Assembly (NCBI GenBank): GCA_964486045.1
Contig: CAZALK010000002.1
Span: forward strand, 1-64,000
Source: an uncultured archaeon
GTDB taxonomy: Archaea > Asgardarchaeota > Lokiarchaeia > Sigyniarchaeales > SOKP01
Length of the DNA stretch: 64,000 bases
Reading direction: 5' to 3'
The first letter of the stretch is position 1. Each line of letters starts with the position of its first letter. Under the pieces are notes generated by a model, which saw only the letters and a list, made by a program, of their open reading frames with translations, was not told the DNA's origin and searched no databases. This document shows positions 9,170 through 20,524 of this stretch, piece after piece. The translations under genes were made by a program, and so were the position numbers.

Positions 9170-11452
9170 ATGAAATCAAATACAAAAATAAAAATAATTT
9201 TAGGGATCTTAGTGATCATTTTTCCTTTATCAACTATAATTTATAATAATCCCTCTTTCAATGGAGGAAATATTGAGGAAAGTTATGAAAATTTGAAACA
9301 TTCAAAAGTATCAGAAAAAATTCATATAGTAGGTAATCAAGGTTGGGTTGATTTTAAAAATGATGGAAATTGTACTGGTTCGGGAATTTCTACGGATCCA
9401 TATGTTATTAGCGATTTGGAAATTGATGCAGGAGGATCAGGAAGCGGGATTATTATTGAAAATTCTGATCTGTATTTTAAAATCAAAAATTCTACAATTT
9501 GGAATTCAGGAGCGAGTTTTGGAGATGGTGGTATCAGTTTAAAAGGTGTTGTGAATGGATTAATTGAGAACAACACACTTTACGACAATTGGCATGCTAT
9601 TCGGTTGGACAATTCAGATAACAACCTTATTTTGAATAATACCATTCTTGGTAGTTATTATATTGGTATATATTTTTATGCAAATTCTCAATATAATAAC
9701 GTTTCTAAAAATATTTTAAAGAATGGAGTTAGGGCAGTACGCTCTCTCTTTACAAATTCTAATATTACAATTTATAATAATACGATGATATCAAATACTT
9801 ATGGAATTTATCTTTCAGGTGTTAATCATACTATTACTGATAATATAATAAAAGAAAACTCATATGGGATTAGGATAGATGATAGCCACGATTCGAAGAT
9901 CTTTAGAAATATAATTAATGGGAGTGAATTTTATGGATTGTATGTATTAGATTCTGATAATGTTAAAATTGTTAATAATGCAGTAAAATATGGAAAATCC
10001 ACTGCAATTAGAGTGGTACGTTGTGATTATAGCGAATTAATTAATAATACATTATCTTTTAATGGGCTTAATGATAATAATCATGGTGTTTTTATTGCTA
10101 GTAGTAACAATGTCTCAATACTGAACAATAAAATTGATTCTAATACAGGTTCTGGTGTATATATAAGTGGAGAATATGGTACAACAGACTACAACAAGAT
10201 AATAAATAATAAAATTCGTAGCAATGGATTTAATGGTGTATATTTATACTTATCAAGTCATAATAATATCTCAGAAAATACTTTAGAGGACGATTCTGGG
10301 ACAGAATTTTTTTTGGAAGGTAATAATAATTTAATTTATGCAAATAACTTTATTAATTCACTGTACACATTAGCAGTAGACTTAGGAAATAACAATAAGT
10401 GGAATAGTTCTTCTATAGGAAATTATTGGTCATCATATACAGGTGTGGATGCAAATGATGATGGAATTGGTGATACTTCATACTATATTATTATCGGATC
10501 ATATGATTTTTTACCAATTTGGTGGGATTCACCGCAGATATTAATAAACTCTCCAACTGAAAACGATACATTTGAATTAAGTCCCACTTTTAATATTTCA
10601 GTAAGTCGAGGAAATGTAAATAGCTCTTGGTATACTTTAAATAAAGGTATTAAAAATATTACATTTACTGGATTGAATGGTGTAATTGATAAAGTAGAAT
10701 GGAATAAAAAAGGAGTTGGACCAGTATTAATTACTTTCTATGTGAATGATTCTAAAGGATACCTAAGCTTTAAAACAGTACAGGTTTTCAAATATCATGA
10801 TAGACCACAGATAGCTATTATTTCACCAACTATTAATCAAGTATATGGATTCAATGCTCCAGATTTTGTTATTGTTATAAATGATTCATCATCAATAAAT
10901 TCAACCTGGTATACAATAGATGGAGGATCAACAAATTATACTTTTTCAGGATTAACAGATTTTATTAATCAATCAAGATGGGGGCAAAAGGAAGATGGAG
11001 CCTTAACGATAAGGTTTTATGCAAATGATTCATTAGGAAATTTAGGATTTGAAGATGTAAATGTTATAAAAGATACAACTGCTCCAAAAATTACTATACA
11101 CGCGCCTACCATAAATCAAACATTTGGTAGTATGGCCCCAGATTTTAATATTTCTATTGTTGAAGAGAACCTATATTTAACTTGGTATATAATCCAAGAG
11201 AATTTAACTGAATATAATTTTACAGTATTAGATGGAACATTTGATCAAAACGCATGGAATACCACTCTTGAAGGACAGATTACTATTACATTTTATGCTC
11301 AAGATAGCGCAGGGAATATTGGAACTGAGATTGTTATCGTTATAAAAAGAATACCATCTCAACCATCTATTCCGGGGTATAACATATATCTTTTATTTGG
11401 TATTGTTTTCTTTAGTCTTATTATTGCCTTAAAAAAGAAACAGAAATCTTGA
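9170..11452 (+). CDS. Surface protein with right-handed parallel beta-helix (NosD/CASH) repeats, Ig-like repeats and IPGY sorting tail
   Basis: GIxLxxSxxNxIxNN repeats; GNYWS..Y.G.D.NDDGIGD motif; C-terminal IPGYN + TM + KKK. Confidence 0.88.
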   Translation: MKSNTKIKIILGILVIIFPLSTIIYNNPSFNGGNIEESYENLKHSKVSEKIHIVGNQGWVDFKNDGNCTGSGISTDPYVISDLEIDAGGSGSGIIIENSDLYFKIKNSTIWNSGASFGDGGISLKGVVNGLIENNTLYDNWHAIRLDNSDNNLILNNTILGSYYIGIYFYANSQYNNVSKNILKNGVRAVRSLFTNSNITIYNNTMISNTYGIYLSGVNHTITDNIIKENSYGIRIDDSHDSKIFRNIINGSEFYGLYVLDSDNVKIVNNAVKYGKSTAIRVVRCDYSELINNTLSFNGLNDNNHGVFIASSNNVSILNNKIDSNTGSGVYISGEYGTTDYNKIINNKIRSNGFNGVYLYLSSHNNISENTLEDDSGTEFFLEGNNNLIYANNFINSLYTLAVDLGNNNKWNSSSIGNYWSSYTGVDANDDGIGDTSYYIIIGSYDFLPIWWDSPQILINSPTENDTFELSPTFNISVSRGNVNSSWYTLNKGIKNITFTGLNGVIDKVEWNKKGVGPVLITFYVNDSKGYLSFKTVQVFKYHDRPQIAIISPTINQVYGFNAPDFVIVINDSSSINSTWYTIDGGSTNYTFSGLTDFINQSRWGQKEDGALTIRFYANDSLGNLGFEDVNVIKDTTAPKITIHAPTINQTFGSMAPDFNISIVEENLYLTWYIIQENLTEYNFTVLDGTFDQNAWNTTLEGQITITFYAQDSAGNIGTEIVIVIKRIPSQPSIPGYNIYLLFGIVFFSLIIALKKKQKS

Positions 11453-11489
11453 AAATTAAATCAAATCCATATCCTGCTTTATTATTTGT

Positions 11490-11925
11490 TTAAATAGATT
11501 CAGCAGAGTCTAGTAAAACATCGACAATATGATCCTGTAGTAAATTAATTTCATCTACATATAAAATACCACGATTTGCTTTTGCTAATAATCCTGGATG
11601 TAGTGCTCTTATGCCCTCAGTAAGGACTTTATCAATAGATATCCCTGAACTCAGTTTCAACCTCTCTTTTCTCCTTCTTCTCAATACAATTCTCACATAA
11701 ATCATCAATATCAGAATTAGGGTCACATGAAAATTCACAACGTTTAAACACTTCAATTTGGGGCATTAATTCTACGAGACTTCGGACTGCAGTGCTCTTT
11801 CCTGTTCCTTGATGGCCTGTAAGAAGAACTCCACCGATTTGAGCATCTATAACATTCAATACCAATGCCATCTTCATTTTGTCTTGACCAAGAATTGCAG
11901 TAAAAGGAAAATTTAGTTTTTTCAT
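11490..11925 (-). pseudogene. chlI: Mg/Co-chelatase subunit I-like AAA+ ATPase fragment with an internal deletion/frameshift and 3' truncation
   Basis: FPFTAILGQDKMK...GHQGTGKS (Walker A) in one frame; [20 protein letters not shown] (Walker B) in another; the intervening LPLGATED segment is missing. Confidence 0.85.
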
Positions 11926-12158
11926 GATATAAGATGTTTTCTTAAGCTCTTAAGAATTAACTATCTAAAATCGTAGTTTTCTTAATCAAACTAACGCTTA
12001 ATCACATAAAAATTTATCAAAATTAAGAATACGAGTTCAAATATACTTTTAAATTCAAAAGCTTAAAATTTCTTTGATAATTCTTTTAGTTTTTTGTCCA
12101 AATCCGCTACAGTTTCGTCCCACTTCGATAAAATCTTATTTACTTGTGGAACAACTGT

Positions 12159-12656
12159 TTACTTTTCTTTATATTCAGTGAACTCCATGAATTCTCTAAT
12201 AAAATTTATTCGTATACTTGTCTCTTTAACATACTTTTGTATCTCTTGAGTTTGGTTTTCTAAAACTTCAGGAACACGTTGAGTTTCTCCACGTCGGGTC
12301 AAAGTTGTTAAATATTCTTCCGTTCCTAATAATAGTGAATTTAACTGTTCAATTCGATCATTAACTATCTTTTCATAAGTCTGGGGTACCTTATCCTTTG
12401 GAAATAAATTAGTGACATCTACAATAAATTTTTGGGTTAAACTTAAGAGTTGTTCCATGCTATCATAACCCTCAATTTTGTATTCGGCAGCAAGATAAGA
12501 AGCTTCTATCCCACTAGACACATCATCCAACCGGAATATTTTAAAACCTGGATCGTTTTTTAATGGTTTATCAGGATTGCCTTTCTTATCGGCAACTTCT
12601 ACTTGACGGATTAATCTCATAAGGTTAAATACAAGAGAAATTAGGAACGATAGCAT
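12159..12656 (-). pseudogene. C-terminal part of a JAB/MPN-like protein (5'-truncated) or hypothetical protein
   Basis: 'ISLVFN...DPGFKIFRL' resembles the MPN C-terminal segment 'MIICNP...DPGILLIRL' of ORF 6055; followed by coiled coil. Confidence 0.45.
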
Positions 12657-12679
12657 TTAAAACACATAAAGATAGTATT

Positions 12680-13367
12680 TCTGGTAAATGGACAAGTTGA
12701 AGGTGAATCTGGATCTGGTATTGTTCCATATTTCTTTTCTCCTAAAGTTGCCGTAAATGCAGTTCAATGGGCAATTGGATTAGAATTATTACTATTGACA
12801 AAGAACCCATGGCAGGTTTTCATGACCACAGACCATCCAAACGGAGGACCTTTCACATCTTACCCACAAATCTTCAGTTGGCTTATGGATAAGAAAACTA
12901 GAGATGATGTTCTTTTGAATAAATGCTCCAAAAGAGCGTCAGAGAAAACACAATTGAAGGATATAGATCGCGAGTTCACATTGAATGAGCTTTGCATTGT
13001 CACTCGAGCAGGTACTGCTAAATGCTTGGGCATGACAGATAGAGGTCATATTGGGAAAGGTGCTATTGGAGATGTAGCTATCTACAAATTAGATCCAGAC
13101 AAAGCGGATGGACATGCGATTGAGAAAGCATTTTCTCTTGCTGCATACACGATAAAAGATGGTCAGATTGTTGTCAAAGACGGAAAAATTACAGCCACAC
13201 CAATGGGAACGACTATTTGTGCAGAAGGAAAAGTTAAAGATGAATTGATGGAATCAATGCTAGCTGACGTTAAATCCCATTGGAGAGATCATTATAGTAT
13301 TAATTTCAATAATTACGGTGTAGAAGATGCTTACGCTCCGAAAATGAAAGTTGTAAGTGGAATATAA
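12680..13367 (+). pseudogene. fwdA: 3' portion of formylmethanofuran dehydrogenase subunit A
   Basis: GQVEGESGSGIVPY...NAVQWAIGLEL...TTDHPNGGPFTSYP...YTIKDG; roughly the N-terminal 60% is absent. Confidence 0.85.
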
Positions 13368-13372
13368 ATCCT

Positions 13373-13743
13373 TTATTTCTTATTATTCTTTTCTGACTCT
13401 TTAACCAAATCACTAAAAATACTTTTAATAGATTGTTTATTTTCAGGAATGTCTTTAGTAATAATATCCCAAATAATAGTAAGATCTAATCTAAAATAAC
13501 CATGAGTGGCCAGATTCCTCAATCCAACCATTTCAGACCAAGGGACATTCGAGAATTTCTTTTTAATGTTAGAAGGAATATTTTTTGAAGCTTCTCCGAT
13601 TAACTCCAAATTTCTTATAACCGCATCGATCACCAATTAATTTTCTTTAAAACTCTCAAAGTTGAAATATGAATATAAGATTCAATCCTTTTAATAAATG
13701 TGATTATATCCTCAAAATAAATTTTAGTTGTCCTTTCTTTCAT
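13373..13743 (-). pseudogene. HepT/DUF86 HEPN RNase toxin, disrupted
   Basis: ATG 13743 overlaps the MNT stop (ATGA); frameshift plus in-frame TAA before LVIDAVIRNLELIGEA; RNLATH motif retained. Confidence 0.8.
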
Positions 13744-14030
13744 ACGAAGATCATATCTTTTAATACATCTTCTTTCATCTGAGGTCTTAATGAATTTCTT
13801 GTTGCTAAATCAACCTTCATTCCTAAAATGTTTTCAAGAAATTCTTTTAATGTGAAGAACTTCCATCCAATTGGCTGAAAAAATTCTACAAAAATATCTA
13901 TGTCGCTTTTATCTTTCTGAGTACCTTTTGAATATGACCCAAAAACACCGATTTTTTCTATATAGAATTTGTTCCTCAAATATTCCCTATGCTTTTTTAA
14001 GATTTCTTCTACTTTTTCTAGCTTCTTCAT
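13740..14030 (-). CDS. Minimal nucleotidyltransferase antitoxin (MntA)
   Basis: GSx10DxD motif (FGSYSKGTQKDKSDIDI); start probably ATG 14030. Confidence 0.88.
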   Translation of the reverse strand: MKKLEKVEEILKKHREYLRNKFYIEKIGVFGSYSKGTQKDKSDIDIFVEFFQPIGWKFFTLKEFLENILGMKVDLATRNSLRPQMKEDVLKDMIFV

Positions 14031-14359
14031 AAGACTTAACTTAAGATTTAAAAATTTGATTTTCAAGATAGATAAAAACTTTTTTATATAAATAATTTCA
14101 TTATATATTGCAATTTAGTAGAGATTGAGTTAAATTTTTTCAAATGACATTTTTCTAAAGCATTTTCATTAAATTAAAATCCAAATTTTTGTCCTTTTAA
14201 TTTATAACAAAAATTTAAATATATTTTCTTTTTGATGTAATAAGTTACATAAATATGATAACTACCTTTATTTAATTTCATTTTAAAAGTAAAAGAGGTG
14301 AATGGGATATCCTAGAGAAGGAACAAATTCCAAATTGTTTTAAAAGAACTAAAGCAGAA

Positions 14360-16246
14360 TTGAAAGAAGTTGAGAGTAATCGAAGAGAGAGAGTTAAAGA
14401 ACTTAATTGTCTTTATGGAATTTCTCAACTTGTTGAAAAACCTGAAGTATCATTAGAAGAGATTATACTTGGAACTCTTGAGTTGATCCCACCTGCTTGG
14501 CAATTTCCAGAAGTGACCAGTGCAAGAATTACATATGATAACAAATTGTATAAAACGGAAAATTTTAAAGAAACTGAATGGAAATTAACAACTCGAGTTG
14601 AGGTCAATGAGAAACAAATGGAAATAGAAGTTCATTACCTCGAAGATAACTCATTTCTTAAAAAAGAAGTAAATTTGCTAAAAAATATTGGAAAGCGGTT
14701 AAAGAATATTTTAGAGCATATGGAAGCTGAGCAGAAATTAAAGGAAACCGAAGAAAAACTAATACGTGATATAACTGAAATAAAGAAAACAGAAAGACAA
14801 TCAAAAGAATCAAAGGAAAAACTTAGCTATGTAAAAAATAATATTTCTATAATTTTAGGTTTTGTTTTTTCAGCTTTTTATTTACTTATAGAGGGATTAC
14901 TTGACAACTATATTTTCCTTCATACTGAGTTCCTCTTTCAGGATATATTTACAATTGATCCTCACGAGATTCTTGTGCATCTAATCCCAATCAGTTTAAT
15001 GGTATTTGCTAGTATATTCAGCCAACATTTGATCAACGCACAAAGAAAAACTGAAGATAAATTAAAAGAATCTAAAGAGGAATTAAAAAAATTAAACTTA
15101 GAACTGGAACAAAGAATAGAGGAAAGAACTAAAGATTTAAAAAAATCTGAACAAAAATATCGAGAATTATATGAAGATGCCCCAAACGCATATTTCACAA
15201 TTAAACCAGACAAATCTATAAAGAGTTGTAATCAAGCTGCGGTAGAGCTTTTAGGTTATTATAAGGAAGAATTTCAAAACATTAAGTTTTTTGATTTATA
15301 TTATAATTCACCAGAGGATTTACAGAAACCCAAAAGGTTATTTAAACAATTCTTAGAGGGGAAAAATATCCAAGATGTAGAAATTCAAATGAAACATAAA
15401 AATGGAAATCCTATCTGGGTAAGCTTAACTGTAAAACCTGTGAGAAATCAGAAGGGTCAGGTTGTAGAATCTCAATCAATGGTGATAAATATCACCGAGC
15501 GCAAGAGAACAGAAGAATTAATCATCGAAGAAAACAAAAAATTAGCAGAACTTAACAAAATTAAAAAAAATCTAATAACACGAGTCTCACATGAATTAAA
15601 AACCCCTTTAAATTCAATTTATGGTGCCATCCATATTCTTATGAATTTTTATCGAGATAGAATAGATAAAGAGATCTTAGAATTTAATAATATTATCTAT
15701 AAGGGATGTATTAGGCTAAAAAAATTAATAGAAGATTTAATGGATATCTCAAAATTAGATCATGGTAAAATAACATTAAAGATGAAAAAAGAAAATATCA
15801 TTAATACGCTGATGAGTTGTGTTTCAGAAATTAACCATATGGCTACACGACGAAATCTTAATATAAATATTGATCTTCCGAAAGTATTATTTGTAGATTT
15901 CGATAAAATAAGAATCGAACAAGTCTTTATAAATATTTTATCAAATGCTATAAAGTTCACACCTCCCAACGGCTCAATATTCATATATCTCAAAGAAAAA
16001 TACAAAAATATCGAAATATCCGTAAAGGATACCGGGATTGGGTTAACTAAAGATGAAATGAAACATTTATTTAAACAATTTGGAAAAATTGAAAGATATG
16101 GTGAACAAATGGAAGTAGATATTGAAGGTTCAGGATTAGGTCTATATATTGCGAAACAAATCATTGAACTACATAGTGGGGATATAATCGTTGAATCAGA
16201 AGGTAGGAATAAAGGTTCGACTTTTACAATCAGATTAAATAAATAA
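14360..16246 (+). CDS. Membrane PAS sensor histidine kinase (GAF-like N-terminus, 2 TM, PAS, HisKA, HATPase)
   Basis: RERVKELNCLYGIS; H-box SHELKTPL; NAIKFT, DTGIG, GSGLGL boxes. Confidence 0.92.
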   Translation: MKEVESNRRERVKELNCLYGISQLVEKPEVSLEEIILGTLELIPPAWQFPEVTSARITYDNKLYKTENFKETEWKLTTRVEVNEKQMEIEVHYLEDNSFLKKEVNLLKNIGKRLKNILEHMEAEQKLKETEEKLIRDITEIKKTERQSKESKEKLSYVKNNISIILGFVFSAFYLLIEGLLDNYIFLHTEFLFQDIFTIDPHEILVHLIPISLMVFASIFSQHLINAQRKTEDKLKESKEELKKLNLELEQRIEERTKDLKKSEQKYRELYEDAPNAYFTIKPDKSIKSCNQAAVELLGYYKEEFQNIKFFDLYYNSPEDLQKPKRLFKQFLEGKNIQDVEIQMKHKNGNPIWVSLTVKPVRNQKGQVVESQSMVINITERKRTEELIIEENKKLAELNKIKKNLITRVSHELKTPLNSIYGAIHILMNFYRDRIDKEILEFNNIIYKGCIRLKKLIEDLMDISKLDHGKITLKMKKENIINTLMSCVSEINHMATRRNLNINIDLPKVLFVDFDKIRIEQVFINILSNAIKFTPPNGSIFIYLKEKYKNIEISVKDTGIGLTKDEMKHLFKQFGKIERYGEQMEVDIEGSGLGLYIAKQIIELHSGDIIVESEGRNKGSTFTIRLNK

Positions 16247-16259
16247 AGTAGGAAATTTT

Positions 16260-17108
16260 TTATTTTTTAGATAAATAATTTAACAGAATATCAAATTCAG
16301 GAAAATTGAAAGGTTTTAAAAAATAACCGTCAGCCTTAGTCTCATCCATATTTTCTTCTAATTCATTACCTGGTATTGCTGTTATGTAATAAATTAGTAC
16401 ATCTCTCAAATTATCATTTGATTTTATCATTTTACAAATTTCATATCCATTTGTTTTAGGTAAAATTATATCCAATAATATTATTTTAGGAATATGGTGT
16501 TTTAATTCTATCATTGCTTTAGATCCTGATTTTACTGATTTACTCGAATAACCCCTTAGGTTAAAATATTTAACCAATACTTTGTTCGTTGCCTCGTCGT
16601 CATCCACAATCAAAATATCATATTTTAAGTCTTTAGGTTTATAATTTACTAAAGTATCGTTTATTATACTTTCAAGAGTTTCACTTTGATCGAGAATATC
16701 CTTTAGAATAAATAAAATATTAGCATTTAAATTATCTCTATAATTTTCAATTAATATGTAGGTAAGACCCTTTATAGATGTTAAAGGCTCCTTCAAATCA
16801 TGGGAAAGATTTGATTTTGTCTTCTTAGAGACAACCATTGAAAAAAAATCTATATAAAAATCTACAGCTTCTCTAATTAGTTTCGATTTTGTCGTAAATT
16901 TTTTTTCTCTTTCTAGAAATTCTTCCCATTTATCCAGTGTTACTTCAGAAACTATTAGTGTAATTCTTTTTTTATCTTTCTCATAAATTTTTTGACTTTT
17001 TTCCCATTTTTTAATAACTTTAGTCCCAGAACCATTTGAAATAACACTTTTACCACTCTTCCTATTATTTTGGTTTATTTCTTTCGTTTTTTTACGATTG
17101 TTAGAGAT
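16260..17108 (-). CDS. Response regulator: ribbon-helix-helix + HisKA + receiver
   Basis: Frame stays open 90 codons upstream of ATG 16838 and encodes KKRITLIVSE..LDKWEEF..TKSKLIREAVDFY (RHH); SHDLKEPL; ILIVDDD...LLDIILP...FLKPF; start inferred at ATC after SD AAGGTGAT. Confidence 0.8.
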   Translation of the reverse strand: MSNNRKKTKEINQNNRKSGKSVISNGSGTKVIKKWEKSQKIYEKDKKRITLIVSEVTLDKWEEFLEREKKFTTKSKLIREAVDFYIDFFSMVVSKKTKSNLSHDLKEPLTSIKGLTYILIENYRDNLNANILFILKDILDQSETLESIINDTLVNYKPKDLKYDILIVDDDEATNKVLVKYFNLRGYSSKSVKSGSKAMIELKHHIPKIILLDIILPKTNGYEICKMIKSNDNLRDVLIYYITAIPGNELEENMDETKADGYFLKPFNFPEFDILLNYLSKK

Positions 17109-17816
17109 TTACATCACCTTAAACATGAAATTTTTTAAAATTATTTTAAGACTAAATTAATTTTTGGCTATTAAAATATTTTTTAAAAATCTGTTAATAA
17201 TTTATCTATAAATTAAAAGAATCTTTAACAAATTAAATTTTTATATTAATATATTTTTGATTAATTATAATTTTTAAAACAATAGAATTTAGGCTCTTAA
17301 TTTTACTTAATGTCTTAAGTGTATAAATTTCATTCTCTACTATTAATAAACATATTAAAAATTTTTTATTTCTTCAAAACCACAATATTTTAACTCATTA
17401 TTCAAATCTTTTTCCTAATCTCACTTAATTATTCCAAAAAATATATAGAGTTTATATATTATTTGATAAACACCTGAAAATCTAAAAAGTGTATCGAATT
17501 TGCATAAAAATGCTTTATTTTTAAAAATATTATCTAAAACTTAAAGATTGCTTTAATCTTCCTGTAATTAATTTTCTAATAATATCAATATATTTATTAT
17601 AAATATCTTTATTTATTGTGTATAAATAAATATTATTTTAAATATATTGTAATATTTATTGTTTTTGTTATAATAAAGATTTAAATATAAAGTCTTTGTT
17701 GGTATAAATAAGTAATTATTATGACTTTTTTTATTAATATTCTAAAAAAAAACATAAAGTTAAAAAAAAAATCATGATAAGAAATTAGCTTTACTGAAAT
17801 AAAGGTTTAAAGAAAA

Positions 17817-19667
17817 ATGAAAATAAGAGATAAATTACTTATTGGGTTTACAGTCCTAATTGCAATCACAAGCGTTTTGGGCGTAGTAAGTGTCGTTCAG
17901 CTTAACACTATGAATGGCTATTACACTGAATTAGCAAATGTGGACTCAAAAGCCATGGAATTAATGCAACAAATGAAATTAGAAGTAGATATTATAATTC
18001 GAGATATGTTCATGTATATAGATGGTGAAACAACTGGTAAAAAAACCGACATCAACGAATCTGTTCAACAATTTGATGATTATTATACTGAAGTCAGAGC
18101 TTTGCTTCCCGCATTTGCCGATCGACTAGATGAACTTGAGGATGACCATAATTTAATAGTGGGTTATATCATAGATCCAGGCACAGGAGTGCTTGTAGAG
18201 CAAGATTCTATTTGGGCTCAAATACTTAATCTTCTTGCATTACATGCAGAGCTCGATGGAGATATAGATGTTTTATTAGGTATGATAACTGATGCAACCA
18301 TGAAACTGAATGTAACTGAAATGGGGTATTATCTCGCAATGCAAATGTTTTATGTATACGAATACATTTCGAATCCTGATGATTTGACCAAGAGTGAGTT
18401 CGCCGCTGCAGAGGCTGGTTTTGATGCCAGTGTTACTAATTTAACGGCGTTTTATGATCCAGTAAATGATTCTGTTATATACGATGCGGTTATAGAGATG
18501 GATGCTGATCATGCTGAATTTGCGGGTAACGTTACAGACGCAAGTGTTGGGATTTTCTCTCTGAAGGATTCTATAGAAGTTAAGCATATAGTTATCGGTG
18601 ACCTACTTGATGAATTAACAAACGATTTACTTTTAATAGACATTGATATAGAAGCTGAAGTAGATGCAAATAAAGTAGGTGCAGCTGCTGCCATGTCATC
18701 AGCGTTAATTATAACTATAACAATGATTGTAGTCGCAATCGTGGCAGGATTAGCTATTGCGTTCCCAACAATTAGGAGCATTACAAAGGCGATTGGTGGT
18801 TTAGTTAAAACAGCAGAATTTATAGCTAAAGGAGATCTTACAAACGAAATTGAAATATCAAAAAAAGTAAAAAGTGAAACTGATTTATTAAAAAATTCTT
18901 TCGGAGTAATGCAAGAGAATTTAGTCAAAGTAATCTCTAGTACCCAAACTGCAAGCATAAATGTGGCAAACATAGCAACAGAATTAGCTGCAAGTTCTAG
19001 CGAAGTAAACGCAGCTTCCGAAGAAATTTCTTCCAGTACACAAGAAGTTGCAATGACGGTGCAAACCCAGGTTAAAGCCCTTACTGATATTAGTTCTATG
19101 GCCAATGAAATTCAATCTCTATCACATGAGGTTAAAAGTTCCGGCAATGATATAGATAAAGTCATGGAAATTATTGTAGGAATTTCCGAACAAACCAATT
19201 TACTCGCTCTTAATGCAAGCATTGAGGCTGGGCGGGCTGGTGAATACGGAAGAGGCTTCGCAGTTGTAGCGGATGAAGTACGAAAACTTGCTGAAGAGTC
19301 TAAGGTATCAGTTGAAACTTCTAGTAATAAAATCGCGGAAATTCTTTCTCGAATAGATAGAACAGTTGAACTTATAGGAAATATTACAAATGATATTCAA
19401 GGAACTTTAGCGGGGCTTGAACAGACCTCTAGTGCAGTTGAAGGAATTAGCTCATCCACGGAACAACAAACGGCTTCAATGGAAGAAGTTACATCCACAG
19501 CTAACAAATTGGGCTCGTTGGCAGAAGAGTTGAAAAGTGAATTAGAGATGTTTGTAATCGAGCAAGAAGGCATAAGAGGTCAAAGTAGAGAAGCTAAAAG
19601 TAGACCTCGAAGATTCGCGGAAAAGAAATCAAGCGTCGAAAAAGAAGTAGTATTAATTAATAAATAA
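17817..19667 (+). CDS. Methyl-accepting chemotaxis protein, copy 1 (double four-helix sensor, HAMP, signalling domain)
   Basis: Two TM helices; [35 protein letters not shown]. Confidence 0.95.
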   Translation: MKIRDKLLIGFTVLIAITSVLGVVSVVQLNTMNGYYTELANVDSKAMELMQQMKLEVDIIIRDMFMYIDGETTGKKTDINESVQQFDDYYTEVRALLPAFADRLDELEDDHNLIVGYIIDPGTGVLVEQDSIWAQILNLLALHAELDGDIDVLLGMITDATMKLNVTEMGYYLAMQMFYVYEYISNPDDLTKSEFAAAEAGFDASVTNLTAFYDPVNDSVIYDAVIEMDADHAEFAGNVTDASVGIFSLKDSIEVKHIVIGDLLDELTNDLLLIDIDIEAEVDANKVGAAAAMSSALIITITMIVVAIVAGLAIAFPTIRSITKAIGGLVKTAEFIAKGDLTNEIEISKKVKSETDLLKNSFGVMQENLVKVISSTQTASINVANIATELAASSSEVNAASEEISSSTQEVAMTVQTQVKALTDISSMANEIQSLSHEVKSSGNDIDKVMEIIVGISEQTNLLALNASIEAGRAGEYGRGFAVVADEVRKLAEESKVSVETSSNKIAEILSRIDRTVELIGNITNDIQGTLAGLEQTSSAVEGISSSTEQQTASMEEVTSTANKLGSLAEELKSELEMFVIEQEGIRGQSREAKSRPRRFAEKKSSVEKEVVLINK

Positions 19668-19678
19668 TTTTTTTTTTT
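19668..19678 (+). terminator. Oligo-T archaeal terminator after MCP1 (similar tracts follow MCP2 and MCP3)
   Basis: T-run immediately after the stop codon. Confidence 0.55.
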
Positions 19679-19742
19679 AAATTTATACAAAATAGTAATA
19701 AACATTTAAAAAATTAGGATAGTCCGTACGCCTTACGAGCTC

Positions 19743-19790
19743 ATTACATACATAGGGTTTATCTATTAGAGATAAACTCTTGTATGTAAT
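19743..19790. repeat. Conserved long hairpin, copy 1
   Basis: ATTACATACA/TGTATGTAAT outer stem and AGGGTTTATCT/AGATAAACTCT inner stem. Confidence 0.75.
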
Positions 19791-19817
19791 CTAAATTATG
19801 AGAAGGATGCAAGAAAT

Positions 19818-20171
19818 ATGAGTGAAAATTTTGCTGATTGTGAAGTATGTGGTGAATATTGCGGGGATAAAAAGTACAAAGCAAGACTCTTAATTGAGTT
19901 GCCAGAAGAATTACAAGAGAAGTTAGATAAATCCCAGGCATGGCTTTGTTTTAAATGGGTTAGAAAACATTGCTTTGAAACTATAGGTAATATAATGTAT
20001 GATAATCAAAAAAATTATTCATCGATAAACGATAACTATTTAGCAAAATCTGATAACGGCCTTCACACTTGCGGGTACACAATAAAAGATGGTCTGATTG
20101 TTGTTAGAGACAGAAAAATTACAGTTACACCATTAGGTACAAAAATTTGTGGAGAAGGGAAAACCTTTTGA
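19818..20171 (+). CDS. Chimeric small ORF: CxxC zinc-finger-like N-terminus fused to a decayed fwdA segment
   Basis: CEVCGEYC N-terminus; C-terminal YTIKDGLIVVRDRKITVTPLGTKICGEGK matches FwdA at 13140-13230. Confidence 0.5.
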   Translation: MSENFADCEVCGEYCGDKKYKARLLIELPEELQEKLDKSQAWLCFKWVRKHCFETIGNIMYDNQKNYSSINDNYLAKSDNGLHTCGYTIKDGLIVVRDRKITVTPLGTKICGEGKTF

Positions 20172-20295
20172 AATAGCACTTTTACCACTCTTCCTCTTAT
20201 ATTGGTTTATTTTTTCTGTTTTTCTAAGATTGTTAGAGATTTATATCACCCTGAATACAAAATTTTCTGAAATTATTTTAAGATTAAATTAATTT
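20172..20295 (-). pseudogene. Duplicated 5' end and SD region of the RHH-HisKA-REC gene
   Basis: Near-copy of 17039-17165. Confidence 0.75.
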
Positions 20296-20524
20296 AATAA
20301 AATATTTGTTATAAATTTCTTTATTTATTCTGTAAAAATAAATATTATTTTAAGTATATTGTGATATTTATGGTTTGTGTTATAATAAAGATTTAAATAT
20401 CAAATCTTTGTTAGTATAAATAATTATTAAGACTTTTTTTATTAATTTGCTAAAAAAAAACATAAAGTTAAAAAAAAAATCTAGATAAGAAATTAGCTTT
20501 ACTGAAATAAAGGCGTATAGGAAA

